Of a DNA stretch of 64,000 bases, positions 25,901 to 37,659 are shown piece by piece. Position numbers and translations under genes: made by a program. The number at the start of each line of letters is the position of its first letter. The first letter of the stretch is position 1. The notes beneath the pieces were generated by a model. The model was given only the letters and a program-made list of their open reading frames with translations. It ran no database searches and was not told where the DNA came from. Source of the DNA: Piromyces finnis finn (Eukaryota > Fungi > Neocallimastigomycota); NCBI GenBank assembly GCA_002104945.1, contig MCFH01000051.1:124001-188000 (forward strand). Direction: 5' to 3'.

Positions 25901-27523
25901 GATATAGTTATTTGTGCTCCAACAAGAGGATGCTTAAAAAAGATGCTTAGAAGAGTTAATGAATGGGCACTGTATAATGAAATGGAATTTGGTATCCAGA
26001 AATGTTCAACGATGGTGATTCGTCCTGAATCAATAGAAAATCAGAACAAGAGAGATCCAACATTTTACTTAGCAGGACAACCCATTCCAACTACTGATTG
26101 TTATACTTATCTTGGTGTTCCATTTGATAAGAATCTGTCCCTTAAACCAGTAATTAAAGCTCTTAATAACAAGGTTTTGAAAGGGCTTTTCTCAGTCAGT
26201 AAATTCTTAAGAAATCCTAATATTCCTATTCCTTTCAAAAAACTAGTACTTAACTCACAAGTGATTAGCAGAGTTTCATACTTTGCACCATTACTTGGAT
26301 CCAACAAAGCTAGGTCTAGGATTGCTCAGAAGCATGTTAACAAAGGAATACGATGGGTTGCCGGAGTTCATAAAGCTGTATCGTTTATATCTTTATACTC
26401 TATCTCAAAAGATTTGAATATTCCTCCATTGTCAGCCAAATGTGCGTTAGCTCAGGTTAGATGTTTTAACAAATGGAAAAACTCAAATTGTATTATCTCA
26501 CACCTTGTCAATTACATTCCTAAATTTAGAAAATACACGTGGTGCAAATCAAGTAGGACACTTGAAAAAAAACTAAAGAAGCATGGAGATGTTAAAGCAG
26601 TTAAAAACTTTTATTGGAAAGATCTCAAAGGGAATTCAATCAAAGCGCAATATTATGATGATAATAAATTTATTGAAACTAAAGATTTTATTAAATTATG
26701 TTATGAGTACCCAGAGTTTGCCTATGGCTTCTACTGGCTATTGAAAGCAAGAAGCGGATACAAGTTGGATGCTAGAGTTGCCAAAGCTGCCAAATTTGTT
26801 GATCCAGTTTGTCCTAACTACTGTCCATGTTGCAAGTGTGGAGATCAAAGTATTAAACATTGGTTATTAGATTGTCCAACATTTAGAGATATCCGTATTA
26901 AACATTATGATTCTATAGTCCAGCTATTAAATTTTTTCAGTCAACGTAATTCCAATAGTCCTATCAATAATAATGAAATTGATAATATCAGTAGAGATAG
27001 TAATAACATTAATAGTAATAGTAACAATAGTAGTAATAACAATAGTAATAGTAACAATAGTAATAGTAACAATAGTAATAATAACAATAGTAGTAATAGA
27101 AATAATAATATTAGTAATGATAGCAATAGTGAAGATAATAATTCTAATTTAGATAGTAATTTAGTTAATGATAGTAATAGTTCTAATAATCCGGTGAATA
27201 TTAATGTGTATGATTATTCTAGTGTGTGCAGTAAAATATTTAAATTCCTTCTTGGGGGAAGAAGTTTTAACAATATTAATTACAATTCAAGGGAATGGAA
27301 AGAACTTTGTAAGCGTCAGATTCAATCTGGTACTAATGAAGGAACACCATTCTTGACGGTAACCGCGGAACTTCTAACCAAAATCATGCCTTTTGCTATT
27401 GGCCAGCAATGGTCAATGTTCAAAAGGTTTGAAGCAACATCCAAGAGCGTCAATGCTGAAGAAACAGTAAGACAGGCCAGGAGGGCCAGCGCAACCAATG
27501 GAGATCATAATTTTGTTCCATGA
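22982..27523 (+). CDS. LINE polyprotein: putative RRM-like N-terminus, Q/S/N-rich linker, APE endonuclease, reverse transcriptase, CX2CX8HX4C zinc finger, Asn-rich tail
   Basis: APE motifs SWNTNG, FQET, LVGDFN, SDIDH, SDHKP. RT motifs KASGPDGIP, YRGISL, EQFGFR, FLDLRKAYDSV, GVRQGCPLSP, FADD, YTYLG. Zn finger CPCCKCGDQSIKHWLLDC. No RNase H recognised. Confidence 0.95.
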   Translation: MSVLYIKDKNYIRRGTRSYGIPLDDIRSFFIRGIRSWSVNMLWEKLEVILEDKFNSVISVKYFQTFNDHFFLVKVHGSSKDCIKILHMLKKKLSVTSISFSARSRRNHKYTFSTLKRKILVSNKHQHSIQQSFQQSVQQSVQQSHQQSDLQQDLQQDLQQVSHHENIPDLQQTQFQSQHSTINSNSSINSDNSSIVDSSSVSQPSSNSSTYSSDASSINNDDFNNNNNSNDSSSSNKPDNFSFCLSWNTNGWNHEKRDSISYFTAIFKPLFLCFQETGNGSGSNTNYPCRVTLRNYRHFFKKADESVPGMRGLYLGFHNSCQASLENFSGKYIISIYTFSLWNRFKCSIGNVYMPHSHHNIYVDHAKLEVRLWLQTHSSHPSILVGDFNMSKVKLSNWLSTNGLGDWEILPLRGSTISWTRGDQSSDIDHALINSKMKDLIHSGSFINNFYPVSDHKPLLINGKIIPMEDFSNDFNVPKKILKWNRLKCIEEKESILSHNKFQILSAKFNDPNVSTDELSKEFTSTAFSIADELSITSANNVIKSSFHISQQIFNLQKIKMKLYKRFKKERIYDIDEFIKRIKIYRKLIDYIHKRCNEFRKQEYLHWIKTGCEYMKSHNPKKAWKWIKKTAKIGKDSFFIAQPIKNKNGELVVATEEQLDVWNDHFEKLASDPSGVSLDLEHWYEEPTNKRFSLPMLDEWDINQDISIDEVKSAILSTPNYKASGPDGIPIEFYKALIPSSNDSNNATDNNSSGNTTSDNDAYGLNFILKLFNRIWDGDFPNSWNESSIVSIPKKGDLTDCDNYRGISLINNGIKLISKIVTTRISEYGLKNNFIRPEQFGFRKKEESISLFISIQEICRRRQLDNKETYLAFLDLRKAYDSVPIGNILHKLDCLGIRGKSLQFIKNLYLTSKANVKLDGQFSKSFDVKKGVRQGCPLSPILFNLFINDIFRECEDLGVSLGDTRCCGGLFADDIVICAPTRGCLKKMLRRVNEWALYNEMEFGIQKCSTMVIRPESIENQNKRDPTFYLAGQPIPTTDCYTYLGVPFDKNLSLKPVIKALNNKVLKGLFSVSKFLRNPNIPIPFKKLVLNSQVISRVSYFAPLLGSNKARSRIAQKHVNKGIRWVAGVHKAVSFISLYSISKDLNIPPLSAKCALAQVRCFNKWKNSNCIISHLVNYIPKFRKYTWCKSSRTLEKKLKKHGDVKAVKNFYWKDLKGNSIKAQYYDDNKFIETKDFIKLCYEYPEFAYGFYWLLKARSGYKLDARVAKAAKFVDPVCPNYCPCCKCGDQSIKHWLLDCPTFRDIRIKHYDSIVQLLNFFSQRNSNSPINNNEIDNISRDSNNINSNSNNSSNNNSNSNNSNSNNSNNNNSSNRNNNISNDSNSEDNNSNLDSNLVNDSNSSNNPVNINVYDYSSVCSKIFKFLLGGRSFNNINYNSREWKELCKRQIQSGTNEGTPFLTVTAELLTKIMPFAIGQQWSMFKRFEATSKSVNAEETVRQARRASATNGDHNFVP

Positions 27524-27759
27524 CAAAATTTTGATCTTTGGCTCGGTGTCCCATTGGAAGTCAAATACAATTATTATACTTTAGTATGATAGTGGCTTTC
27601 TTACTTTAATTAAAATTACTAGAATACATTATACCCAATTTTTATTCATTTGTGTTTATTTAAACATATTTTTTTTTATTTTTATTTTATTTTAATTTTT
27701 ATATTACATGTATTATAATTTTAATTAAATTAATAATAAAGTTTAAAATATTTGATGCC

Positions 27760-27805
<46 letters not shown>

Positions 27806-27867
27806 ATGAATAACAAAGCCGGGTAAATATATTTTAAGCCTCAACAAAGAACATCAATGCTAAAGAA

Positions 27868-29125
27868 TCCCCTTGGGAATGTGCTTTCATTTATTTAATA
27901 AATGAAGTTTCTCAAAGGGCTCGCGAGTAGATATAAATCTAAGCATTGCGCAATGGTTAGTCTTTATTATGAAATATTATAATAAAGACTAAGCTTATGG
28001 TACTGAGCGACTTAAAAAACATTTGTCCATCAAATTTTTAAGTTATTTTAATGGATAAGTTGAATGTTTGATATTCAAGTAAGTTTGTATAGTATTTAAT
28101 TAAAAGAGTAATACATTATTGTTGCTGTATTTTTCTTTTATTCATGTAGTACTACTCATCTCTTGTAAGAATCCAATGTGATGTGGTCAATTTTAGCATT
28201 TGCACTGTGTTTTTATATTTTTGTAGCTATTGTTGAATTGTTTCCTCTAAGAGATTGATTTATTCTACATCATTTAAAAATTCACAATCTTTCTGGTGTC
28301 GACATTCAATTCTGCTTTAAAATTTTATCAATTTAAATATTTAATGAAAAGTAAAGTCAAATAATTTTAGTGTCAATAATTGAGCAAACCAAAACTAGAA
28401 TTTACAAAGATATTTGCAACTTGAATTTCATAAGAAACTTTAATCAAAGCATTTGAAACAATTTTTTGTACTATCCAGTACTTTTTAAAGAAGAGTGATA
28501 CAGTTTTTTTTCCCATATACATTATATTTATAATTATTTATTAGTATTCTATTTATTTTTAATTCGAATTAATTAATATGTCAGTCCTTTATATTAAAGA
28601 TAAGAATTATATCAGACATGGTACCCGCTCTTATGATATGCCCTTAGATAATACTGGATCTTTCTTTATCCGTGGTATTCGATCATAGCTAGTTAGTAAA
28701 TAATGGAAAAAACTCGAGGCTATTCTGAAGGATAAATTTAATTCAGGTATTAGTGTTGAATATTTTAAGAATTTCAATAATCACTTTTTCTTAGTCAAGG
28801 TTCATGGTTTAATGAAAGACTGTAATAAATTCTTACACATCTTCAATTTATTTTTCAGCCCGTAGTAAAAGAAATCACAAATATATTTTTTCCTCACTCA
28901 AACATAAATTTTTAGTTTTTAATAAACATCAACAATCAATGCAACAATCAATTAATCTCATCAACATTCATATCATCAATCTAATCAAATTCAACTTCAA
29001 CAAGATCTTCAATAAGATATTCAACAATTAATTCTAATAGTTCTATTACCTCTGATAACAGTTCAATAGCTGATAGCTCTTCAGTTACACAGCTATTTAA
29101 TAATAGTTCAACTAATTCCTCTGAT
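27868..29125 (+). mobile_element. Older degenerate copy of the same LINE family, retaining only the 5' UTR and frameshifted ORF start (3'-truncated)
   Basis: Begins TCCCCTTGGGAATGTGC like the intact copy and aligns through the 5' UTR. ATGTCAGTCCTTTATATTAAAGATAAG at about 28578; stops and frameshifts follow; similarity ends at CCTCTGAT near 29125. Confidence 0.92.
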
Positions 29126-31274
29126 TCAATCGGGCACTTGCGAAGGAATTATTTTCTAGAAATTAGAGCAGTTATAAATCGTTATTATTAATATTATTAA
29201 TATTATTAATATGCGTTAATATATATTATATTTAATTTTAATTTTATTTAATTTTTATTTAATTATTTTTATTAATTAATATTTTGTAAACAAGTAAAGG
29301 CAAAATTTCTTTTTTGGAATGATATAACTCGGTTCAATACAATTTTATTTTTAAGGGTTTTTGTGATTAACTACTTTATTATTAATTAAATTACAATAAA
29401 AGACGTGTTTTTAATAATTTGTATTTTTCATAATCTATACTAAATATTTAAGAATAGTTAATAAAAAATTTAATTTAGAACTAGTAATAATATAATGGAA
29501 TTAATAATAATATATAAAATAAATATGGAAACATTAATAAAATAAGAAATAACATTTATTTATGTACAATAATTTTTATTGATGATCATTGTGAAATATA
29601 CTCCATGACTATAGCTTTTTATGTAAATTTAAGATTTTTGTAGTAAATAAATTTATGGATTTTATGTAATTATTATAAATTTACCAATTTATAATAATTA
29701 AAGTTTATAATCTATATTTTATATCAGAAAGTTGAATAATATAATTAATCATAATTATTATTGATTGACCGTTAATCCAAAATAAAATTGTCCCCCGTTA
29801 TAATTACTTAAATTGAATCTAGTTTTTAATATGAAATATGATTCATTGATATATCTTCTATTATTTTAAATATAACTATACATTATATTTACAAATATAA
29901 TACGTTACTAATATATTATAATAATTACATATTATTTTACATTGTACTTACATCACTAATATATAAGTTTATTTAAACTACTATCTATTATAATTACATG
30001 CTAATAATAAACCATGGCATAATTTTATGATTTAAAAATTAAAAGGTATTTTAATATTATTTATTATTTACAATATTATAATATCTATAAAAATATAAAA
30101 TACAAGAAATACAAAAATTTTTATAACGTGGCTTGACTATTAACAAATTAAATAGATAGTAATAATACATAATTATTAATATAAATATTAATTAAAACTT
30201 TAAAGTATTAAATTAATGTATTCCAATTCCAATATTCCAATGTAGGAATAACTAATATAATATGTGGATAATTATTATTTAATATGAATTTTATATTTAA
30301 GTTTTTGGTGAAAGAAAAATTTAAATAAGAAAAAATCTTAATAATAAATGATGATATTAGTTGTACTTTAGATTTGGATATATATAACATGTTTAATAAA
30401 ATAATCTTTTTATAGTATAAATGATAAAATTTATTTTAAATTCCATTTTAATTAATTTAAAAATATAATAAATAAACATTTGAATAAAGAAATAATAGCG
30501 AGTTGTTGTTTAATTATGAATCTATTAACAATTTATTTAACTATTATATTAAATATTTCTATTTCATACTTAAATTTTTTTTTTTTTTGAAAATATTCAA
30601 ATTACTTAATTTAGTTTAACTAAAGTTTTATTGATATTTATTATTATAAAGTTTAATGAAATTGTTAAATGTGTAGATGAATGTCAGTATATTTTAATAA
30701 ATAATTTCTATTAGTATTAGTTAAAATTATGAAAATTGTTTTTTATGAAAAAAGATAAGATATATCAATTTATAATGTTTTTTAATGTTACACAAATCGA
30801 TATATTAGCATATATTTTTATAATATTTTATTATTTTTTCAAGTTTAGCAAAAATTGAAAGAATAAAGTCAAAATATTTCCATATTTATGGTATAAAATT
30901 AAGATATTTTTATTTGTAAGTAGTCATAAATTGAATAAAGTAATAGTGAAAAATTCCGTATTTATGAAAAAATTCAAATTTTATAAATGAAATCTGTTCA
31001 TCAATCTATATATCTATTTTTATATTTTTTATATTCTGATAATGATAAATATTAAATTATTGATGATAATTGTATAAACATCTTAGTAACTGATATTCAA
31101 TTAAAATAATTAAAATGACTGTATACATTTTGATTATTAAGCAATAAAGATGTAAAATATTCAGTAGAAGTAATAAATATAATAAAATATAATTAATAAT
31201 GAAATTATTGTGAATTAAAATTACAAATCTTAATTCTTTCAAAAACAGCAACAGTAACAACAACAACAATAAAT

Positions 31275-32935
31275 ATGTCAACAAATTCTTTAACCCAAGA
31301 ATCAAAATATAAGAAAGATAAATTAAATTTGTTAAGTAAAAAAATTAATAGTATAATAGATAAATTAGATCTTCAACATCTTCAATATTTATTACAAGGT
31401 AATTATATCATTAATGAGGATGATACTATTTATATTAATGATGTTGAAAATCATAATTTAACTGAAGATGTAGACATTATAAGTACCAGTAATATCAAGG
31501 AAGATTCACAGTTAAGTAACATAGATGTAAATACAAAAGGTAATAATCTTGAAATTTATAAGGAAGTATTACTTTAATTAAATCTCAAATTATAAAATAC
31601 AAATTTCATTTTATAAATTTAATATATTCTTAAAATAATTTGATAAAATTTATATATTGATATTTAATTATAAAATCTTCATTTGAATTGATAATACATA
31701 TATTAATTGATAGTTATGGTTTTTATTTCAACTTTTAATTATTTAAAATACATTATAAAAACTATGATAAACAATTAGGAACACCAATAGATATCAGCAA
31801 ATTAAAAGGCGGAGATAATCCTATAATTTATTTTATAGAATTCTATAAGCGATTATGTTGCTCCAGTTGTTATTGCATAGGAAAAGTCTTAGAGAGTAAT
31901 GAAAATATCGAGGAAAACTTTAAAGAAGGATTATTAGACTTTAGAAGTGATAAAAAGGAAAGAGCGCTAGAGGTATTAAAATTATTACTTCAATATACTT
32001 CAGATTTAAATTTTGAAACAAATCAAGGTCAAATACCATTATTCATGGCATTTTATGAAAATCAAGTTGATATTCTAAAACTATTTTTTCAATATTTTTT
32101 AATACCGAAAGCCTCAATATCGAAGCCAATTTCCACAGATTTTTTTCACCCTTCATCTATTTCAAAAATTCCTTTAAATTTAAATTTGTATAATGAAGAA
32201 TGGGATAATATATTATTATATACTTTTAAACTCAAAAATGAATTACCGGAGCCTGCACTGTCATTTCTTTTACTATATGGAATGAATCATTGTTATGAGC
32301 AAGGTCATATTTTAAATTCAACATGTATTGATTTAAATGCTCAATCTTGGAATGGAAATACCATTGTCATGATGGCTGTGGAAAGGAATAATTATCATTT
32401 CTTAAAGTCTTTTTTTAAAACTATAGAAAATATTCATGAGAAAGCTTTGTTAAAAATTCTTTATCGTTGTAAAAACAATTATTATCATGATCTTATACAT
32501 CAATATCAATATCTTTCACGATCCCATTCAATAGGAGGTATCAAACAGGCTTATACAGATTTTTCTGATGATCTTAAAGATAAATTAATGCAAGATATAG
32601 TACAACTGATTATGAGTGATCCTCAAAAAATAGATTTAGAGGTAAAAGATCGGTCTTTAAATACTGCATTATTAAAAGCAATTTGGTCTGGCAATATGAA
32701 AATTATTCGATGTCTCTTACATCACCGTGCAAGTACTCGAGTACATGATATTCATGGTAATACCCCTTTAATGATAGCTAGTATCCTAGGTCGAGCAAAA
32801 CTTGTAAAATTATTAATTTCATATGGTGCTGAGTTAAACGCTCGTAATAAAGGAAAAACAGCTCTAGGCTTTGCTCTTGAAAATAATCATGATGAGGTTA
32901 TCTACCTTCTTCGAAAACATCAAGCCATTGAATAA
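31275..32935 (+). CDS. Ankyrin-repeat protein, probably 2 exons
   Basis: Exon 31780-32935 is open with ANK motifs (QGQIPLFMA, NGNTIVMMA, NTALLKAIWSGN, HGNTPLMIASILG, GKTALGFA). Exon 1 starts at 31275 with a phase-1 donor at 31399 or 31540 (ambiguous). Confidence 0.8.
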
Positions 32936-33374
32936 ATTAAAATTCAATAGAAAATATAATTAAATAAATATTGAATATTATTTATATGGTATTATTTTAA
33001 ATTAAAGAAAAATAATTAAGATCATAACAACATTATCAACAATAATACATAATACTTATAATAAAAAAAACAAAAAGATAAGTATCAAAAATATTATGAA
33101 CATAGAAGGATTATAATTACAATTTACCTTCGACTTTGGGAATATAAATCAACAAGTAAATAATTAAATTAAGTAAAAACAAATTTATGTGTATATTTAT
33201 TATGATATATAAATATATAAATATATATATTTTACAAAAAAACAATGTTATAATAAAATGATTATATTGAGTTATAAAGCTATACTTGTTAGTATTAAAA
33301 TATTTAATTTTTAAAATATTATCTTTTCACTTAAAATATCGTCTAAAGATAAAGTCATAATTATCATTTTTCTT

Positions 33375-36300
33375 TTAAAAGAATTTTAAACTATTTGAAA
33401 TAATAAAAGAATTGTCATCACTATGGGAAGTAGATGCTTTTTGATGTTGGTTATTATTAGATTTTGAATGCCGTTGTGAATGAATTGGATCAAAATCAAA
33501 ATCACTATCAGAACTATCTCCTCTTTGATAAAACGAATTTAGTTGATCGAATAATTTTTCTTTTTTAGTTTTCTTTTTGTAGTTTCGGGCACTTCCTGTA
33601 ATTGGCATATGTGATATATGATATTGAATACTTTTGCTAGTAATGTCCTGGTTTGTTGAAGTGTAATGATTAAATAAAGTTGGTGAATTAGTGATTGATT
33701 GATTATTGGTTTTTAATGGAACATTTGTTTCTTCTGATGATTTTGGCTTAGCAATATCAGTATGATATAGAATAAATTCAATAAATTCGTCTTCTTCTGT
33801 TTTTTCTCTTGGTTGTATTTCCGGTTGGTATGAAATAAAGGCATTAGTTTTATTGTTTTTCTTGCTCTTCTTTTTTCCTTCTTTTTTTGATTCCTTGGTA
33901 TAAGGTAATGTATTATGAATGGTGAAATCTTGCGAAATAGTGTATTTATCATCAGTGTGAGTATCGTACTCATAACTACCACTTTCTGTAGAGGATTCAT
34001 TACTATAATCGTCGTAAGCATCTTCGTCTATATCTTCATCTTCACCTTTATCTTCATCTTTATCATCTTCTTCTTTATTATTTTTTCTTTCACTATTTCC
34101 ATCTTTTTCATCTATTGATTTAGGATTATTATTTGAATCATATATTTCTTTTTTCTGTTCTTCTTCTTCCTCCTTTTCTTCATCTTTTTCTTTTTCTAAT
34201 TGGGCTATAAGATTTTTCAAAATGTTAGGATCTTTAGGTTTACCTACTTGTTGTTGTTCTGGTATTGATTGCTTTTTGTTTACAATATTTTCATTATCTT
34301 TATCACTTATATTCTCATCATTATTTTCTTTATTTTTTATATTATTCTTATTATTTTTGTTTGTATTGTTAACATTTTCATTTTCTATGATAATTTCATT
34401 CTCTTTTTCATCTCCTGAATTATTATTATTGTTATTATTACTCCTATTATTTCTATTTATTTCTTTTTTAAGTAAATTATCTTTATCTCTAGCTTCACTT
34501 AATCTTCTTTCTCTTTTAGCCATTATTTTTTGGACTTTTGGTGTTTTCATAATTGTTTCGTTGATTGAATGAATATTTTTTAATAGTCGTTGGTCATTTA
34601 AAATACTTTGATCAAATAGACTACTGGTTGTCTTTCTCATATGTGTCGGTTTATTATTATTATTATTTTTGTTCTCATTATTCTTTGATGGTAATTCCAT
34701 TTCATTTACATCATCTAGTGGATGAGAAAATATGGTTGATGAAGTTGTTGATAATAATGAAGTCTTACTAATATTAGCATTACGTTGTTTTGCAGGTGAA
34801 TATTCATAATAACTAGTGTTATTTAAGGAACGCATACTATGACGGTGTCTTATACTTCGTTTTAATTGATTATTTATAGGAGGTTGATTATTACTGTTAA
34901 GATTAGACAAGTTAGTTTTAGTATCTGTAGAAACACTATTTATAGATTCAGATGAATTAACAGTATGAAGCAGATTAGGATTTTGAAATTGAAGATTGAG
35001 ATCTTCTTTTGTATCATGAACGGAAACCTCAACAGTATTAAAGAATACCTTCTTTCCTTTAATAATTAAATTATTTTCAGCAAGTAAACTATTCATAGTA
35101 TCGTATATTTCTTCTGCTTCAAAAACATGCATAATAGAATCATTAAGATAGTATCGTAATTCCAAGGCTCTTCCGTGAAGATCCAAAGATGTTGAAAAGA
35201 GCCTATTATATTTACTTGTATTCTTAAGAATAGGACTTATTTTTTTTTTGAGAATATCATTTAGAGTTTTGTTATATTTATTAGGATAAGGGATATTACG
35301 AGAATTTGCTTCTAATAAATATTTTTTATCATTTCTATTTCCTTTCTCTTTTTCTTGATTAATTTCTTTTTCATATTTTGATTGATTTAACTCTTGTTGC
35401 CTTGTAATATCTTCATCCTCTCTTAAATAATATATCATTTCTTCCTCAGACATAAAAAAGTTATATTTTGATGTTTCCAGATAAGTTAATGGAACCAAAA
35501 GAAGAATAGCCTTAGCATAAATATTATATAAAGGTTGGAAATGGGATAAGAAAAACATATCATTTGGAATAAATGTTAAAAGTTGAATAAGCCTTAAATT
35601 GAACATGGCTAAGTTAACTTGTTGTGTTTTTTTTACAAAAGAATAAGAACCATATATTTCATAATCATTTCCATTTAATTGATTCAGAGAACGATTATAT
35701 ATGAATAGTTTTAAGGTAGAAAGAGTTTTCTTGTCAATCAAGGCAGTATCATTAGAATTTTGAAACGATGAAGCTGTTTATTAAAAATAATTAAAATATT
35801 AATATTATTAATATAAAAGAGGTAATACATATATATATATATTATATTAGCATTCATCATGAAGAAAAAAAAATTAGTAAATACATTAAGATAGCATGAC
35901 AAATATAAAAATATGAAATAATTATTATTTTTGTATTATGTTTTTTTTTTTTTTTTATTTTTATACAAACCTGATTCTGATTCCAGTTCAATACGAGAAA
36001 TAAGTATGTGAATGAATGTAAGTATTAGTTTATCACCCCATAGTAATGGTGAAGTAGGATTTTCTACCCAATAGTGTTTTTTTTCTTTTTTTTCTTCAAG
36101 AAAAATAAAATGAAAGAATAAAAATATTTGAAAGTCATAAATAATATATATAAATATTTATCAACAATAAATTCATATTAATTATATAGAGTAATTGCAT
36201 GTTAAATTTTAAAGATATTAAAGTGGAAAATAGTTACCATTTTTTGCAAAGTCCGAAGAGAAATAAGATTCTGGGTTTTGAACAAAAGGTTCATATAATT

Positions 36301-37659
36301 CATCACTTTCTTTTGCAAAAAAGAATTCTAAACCTTTTTGAATTATATTACGAGGAAATTCTGGAAGAAGAGTACCATAAAGAAGCATTAATAAAATAAT
36401 ACGATATTCAGTATAAATTCGTGTTTTTTTATTATTAGGTGTTTTAAAATCATAATAAGCATTTTCATCACGAATAAGAATATGCTCTAAGATATCATTT
36501 TCTCGATAAAACTGTTCCATTTCTGTTCCTTGATGTTCTTCAAATAATTGGAGGTGGAATTGCTGCATTAAAATTTTGATACGCCATTTATCTTGCTCCA
36601 TAGGCATATAAAAGTATTTTGGCATTTTACTTAATAATTGGCGGGCTTTATTTGACCATAAATTACCAACTTTTAATTTATTTTGATCATCTTTTGTTTG
36701 TTAAGTGTATATTAAATGTTATTATTCCATAAATAATAATTATTGTTATATGATACAATATTATATTATCATTAAAATATAATGGTATTATAACATATTA
36801 AAAATAATATCAAAATTAAAGAGTATTAGAATATTAACAGTAAAGTTAATATAAATAGTTTAATATTAAATGGCTTAATTTTTTTTATGTTATAATACTA
36901 TATATTAGTTATTTTACCATCATTTTTGTAATATTGGTTGTTGCTATAAAAATATTCATATTCTTTTCGTTTTATAGATTCAATATCTTTAAAAGTATCA
37001 AAACCTTCTTGTTCATTACTAGGGATATAATAAGATTCTGGATTAATATAATGCTTTCGAATGTAAGATGAGTATTGACCTGCTCCTACAGTCGAATTTG
37101 TAGTAATATTATTATTTGGGTTAATGTTAATATTATCATTTATGGATGAAGTATTTCCAAAATGATGGGTATCTGATGTAACTGATAGAGCAGTGGCAGA
37201 AGGAGAATAGTAGCGATGCCAAAAGCGGCGTTCTGAAAATGTAATAAATTGATCATTAATCATCCATACCAATGGAAGACAAAATATTAGAAATCCACGA
37301 CATGGGGGATCATCAAAAATAAAATCTGGTATACCATAGAGCTTAAGATGTTGTATGGAAAGTGGTCGTATATATCGTTGAAGCCATTCAAAAGTGATAT
37401 CTGTATAGGAGAGATCCAATGTACCAAGATAAGCGAATGCATTTAAAGGCTTTAAAAGTTCACATGCTGTTTGATCGTTATAAAATCGACAATTTTTTAG
37501 TGAAAGATTCCATAAATTTGTAAAATGATTAATACTTTTTAATACGTTAATAGTTTTAGGTGTGATAGTAATATCTTCAACTAATGTATGTTTTAATTCT
37601 TTTGAATTATCATTTCCATTAGAGAATGTTTTATAATAGGACGATCTTTTTCTTAGCAT
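33375..37659 (-). CDS. Large uncharacterised protein with N-terminal LRR-like region and acidic/Asn-rich C-terminus, at least 4 exons
   Basis: ORFs 36898-37659, 36218-36625, a short exon near 35970-36095 and 33375-35780 link through phase-1 GT-AG introns. LRR-like LWNLSLKNC, LGTLDLSYTDI, IQHLKLYG. The true start may lie further upstream. Confidence 0.65.

Larger units (their letters stand above)
22091..27802 (+). mobile_element. Full-length non-LTR retrotransposon (APE-type LINE) with 14-bp TSD and A40 tail
   Basis: TSD TTTATGAATAACAA at 22077-22090 and 27803-27816; poly(A) 27763-27802; about 890-bp 5' UTR; uninterrupted 1513-aa ORF; about 240-bp 3' UTR. Confidence 0.96.

Noticed and set aside
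30208-31305. Short ORFs 30208-30390 and 31057-31305 (also 38368-38580)
   Set aside because: Low-complexity AT-rich or antisense translations with no coding signal.
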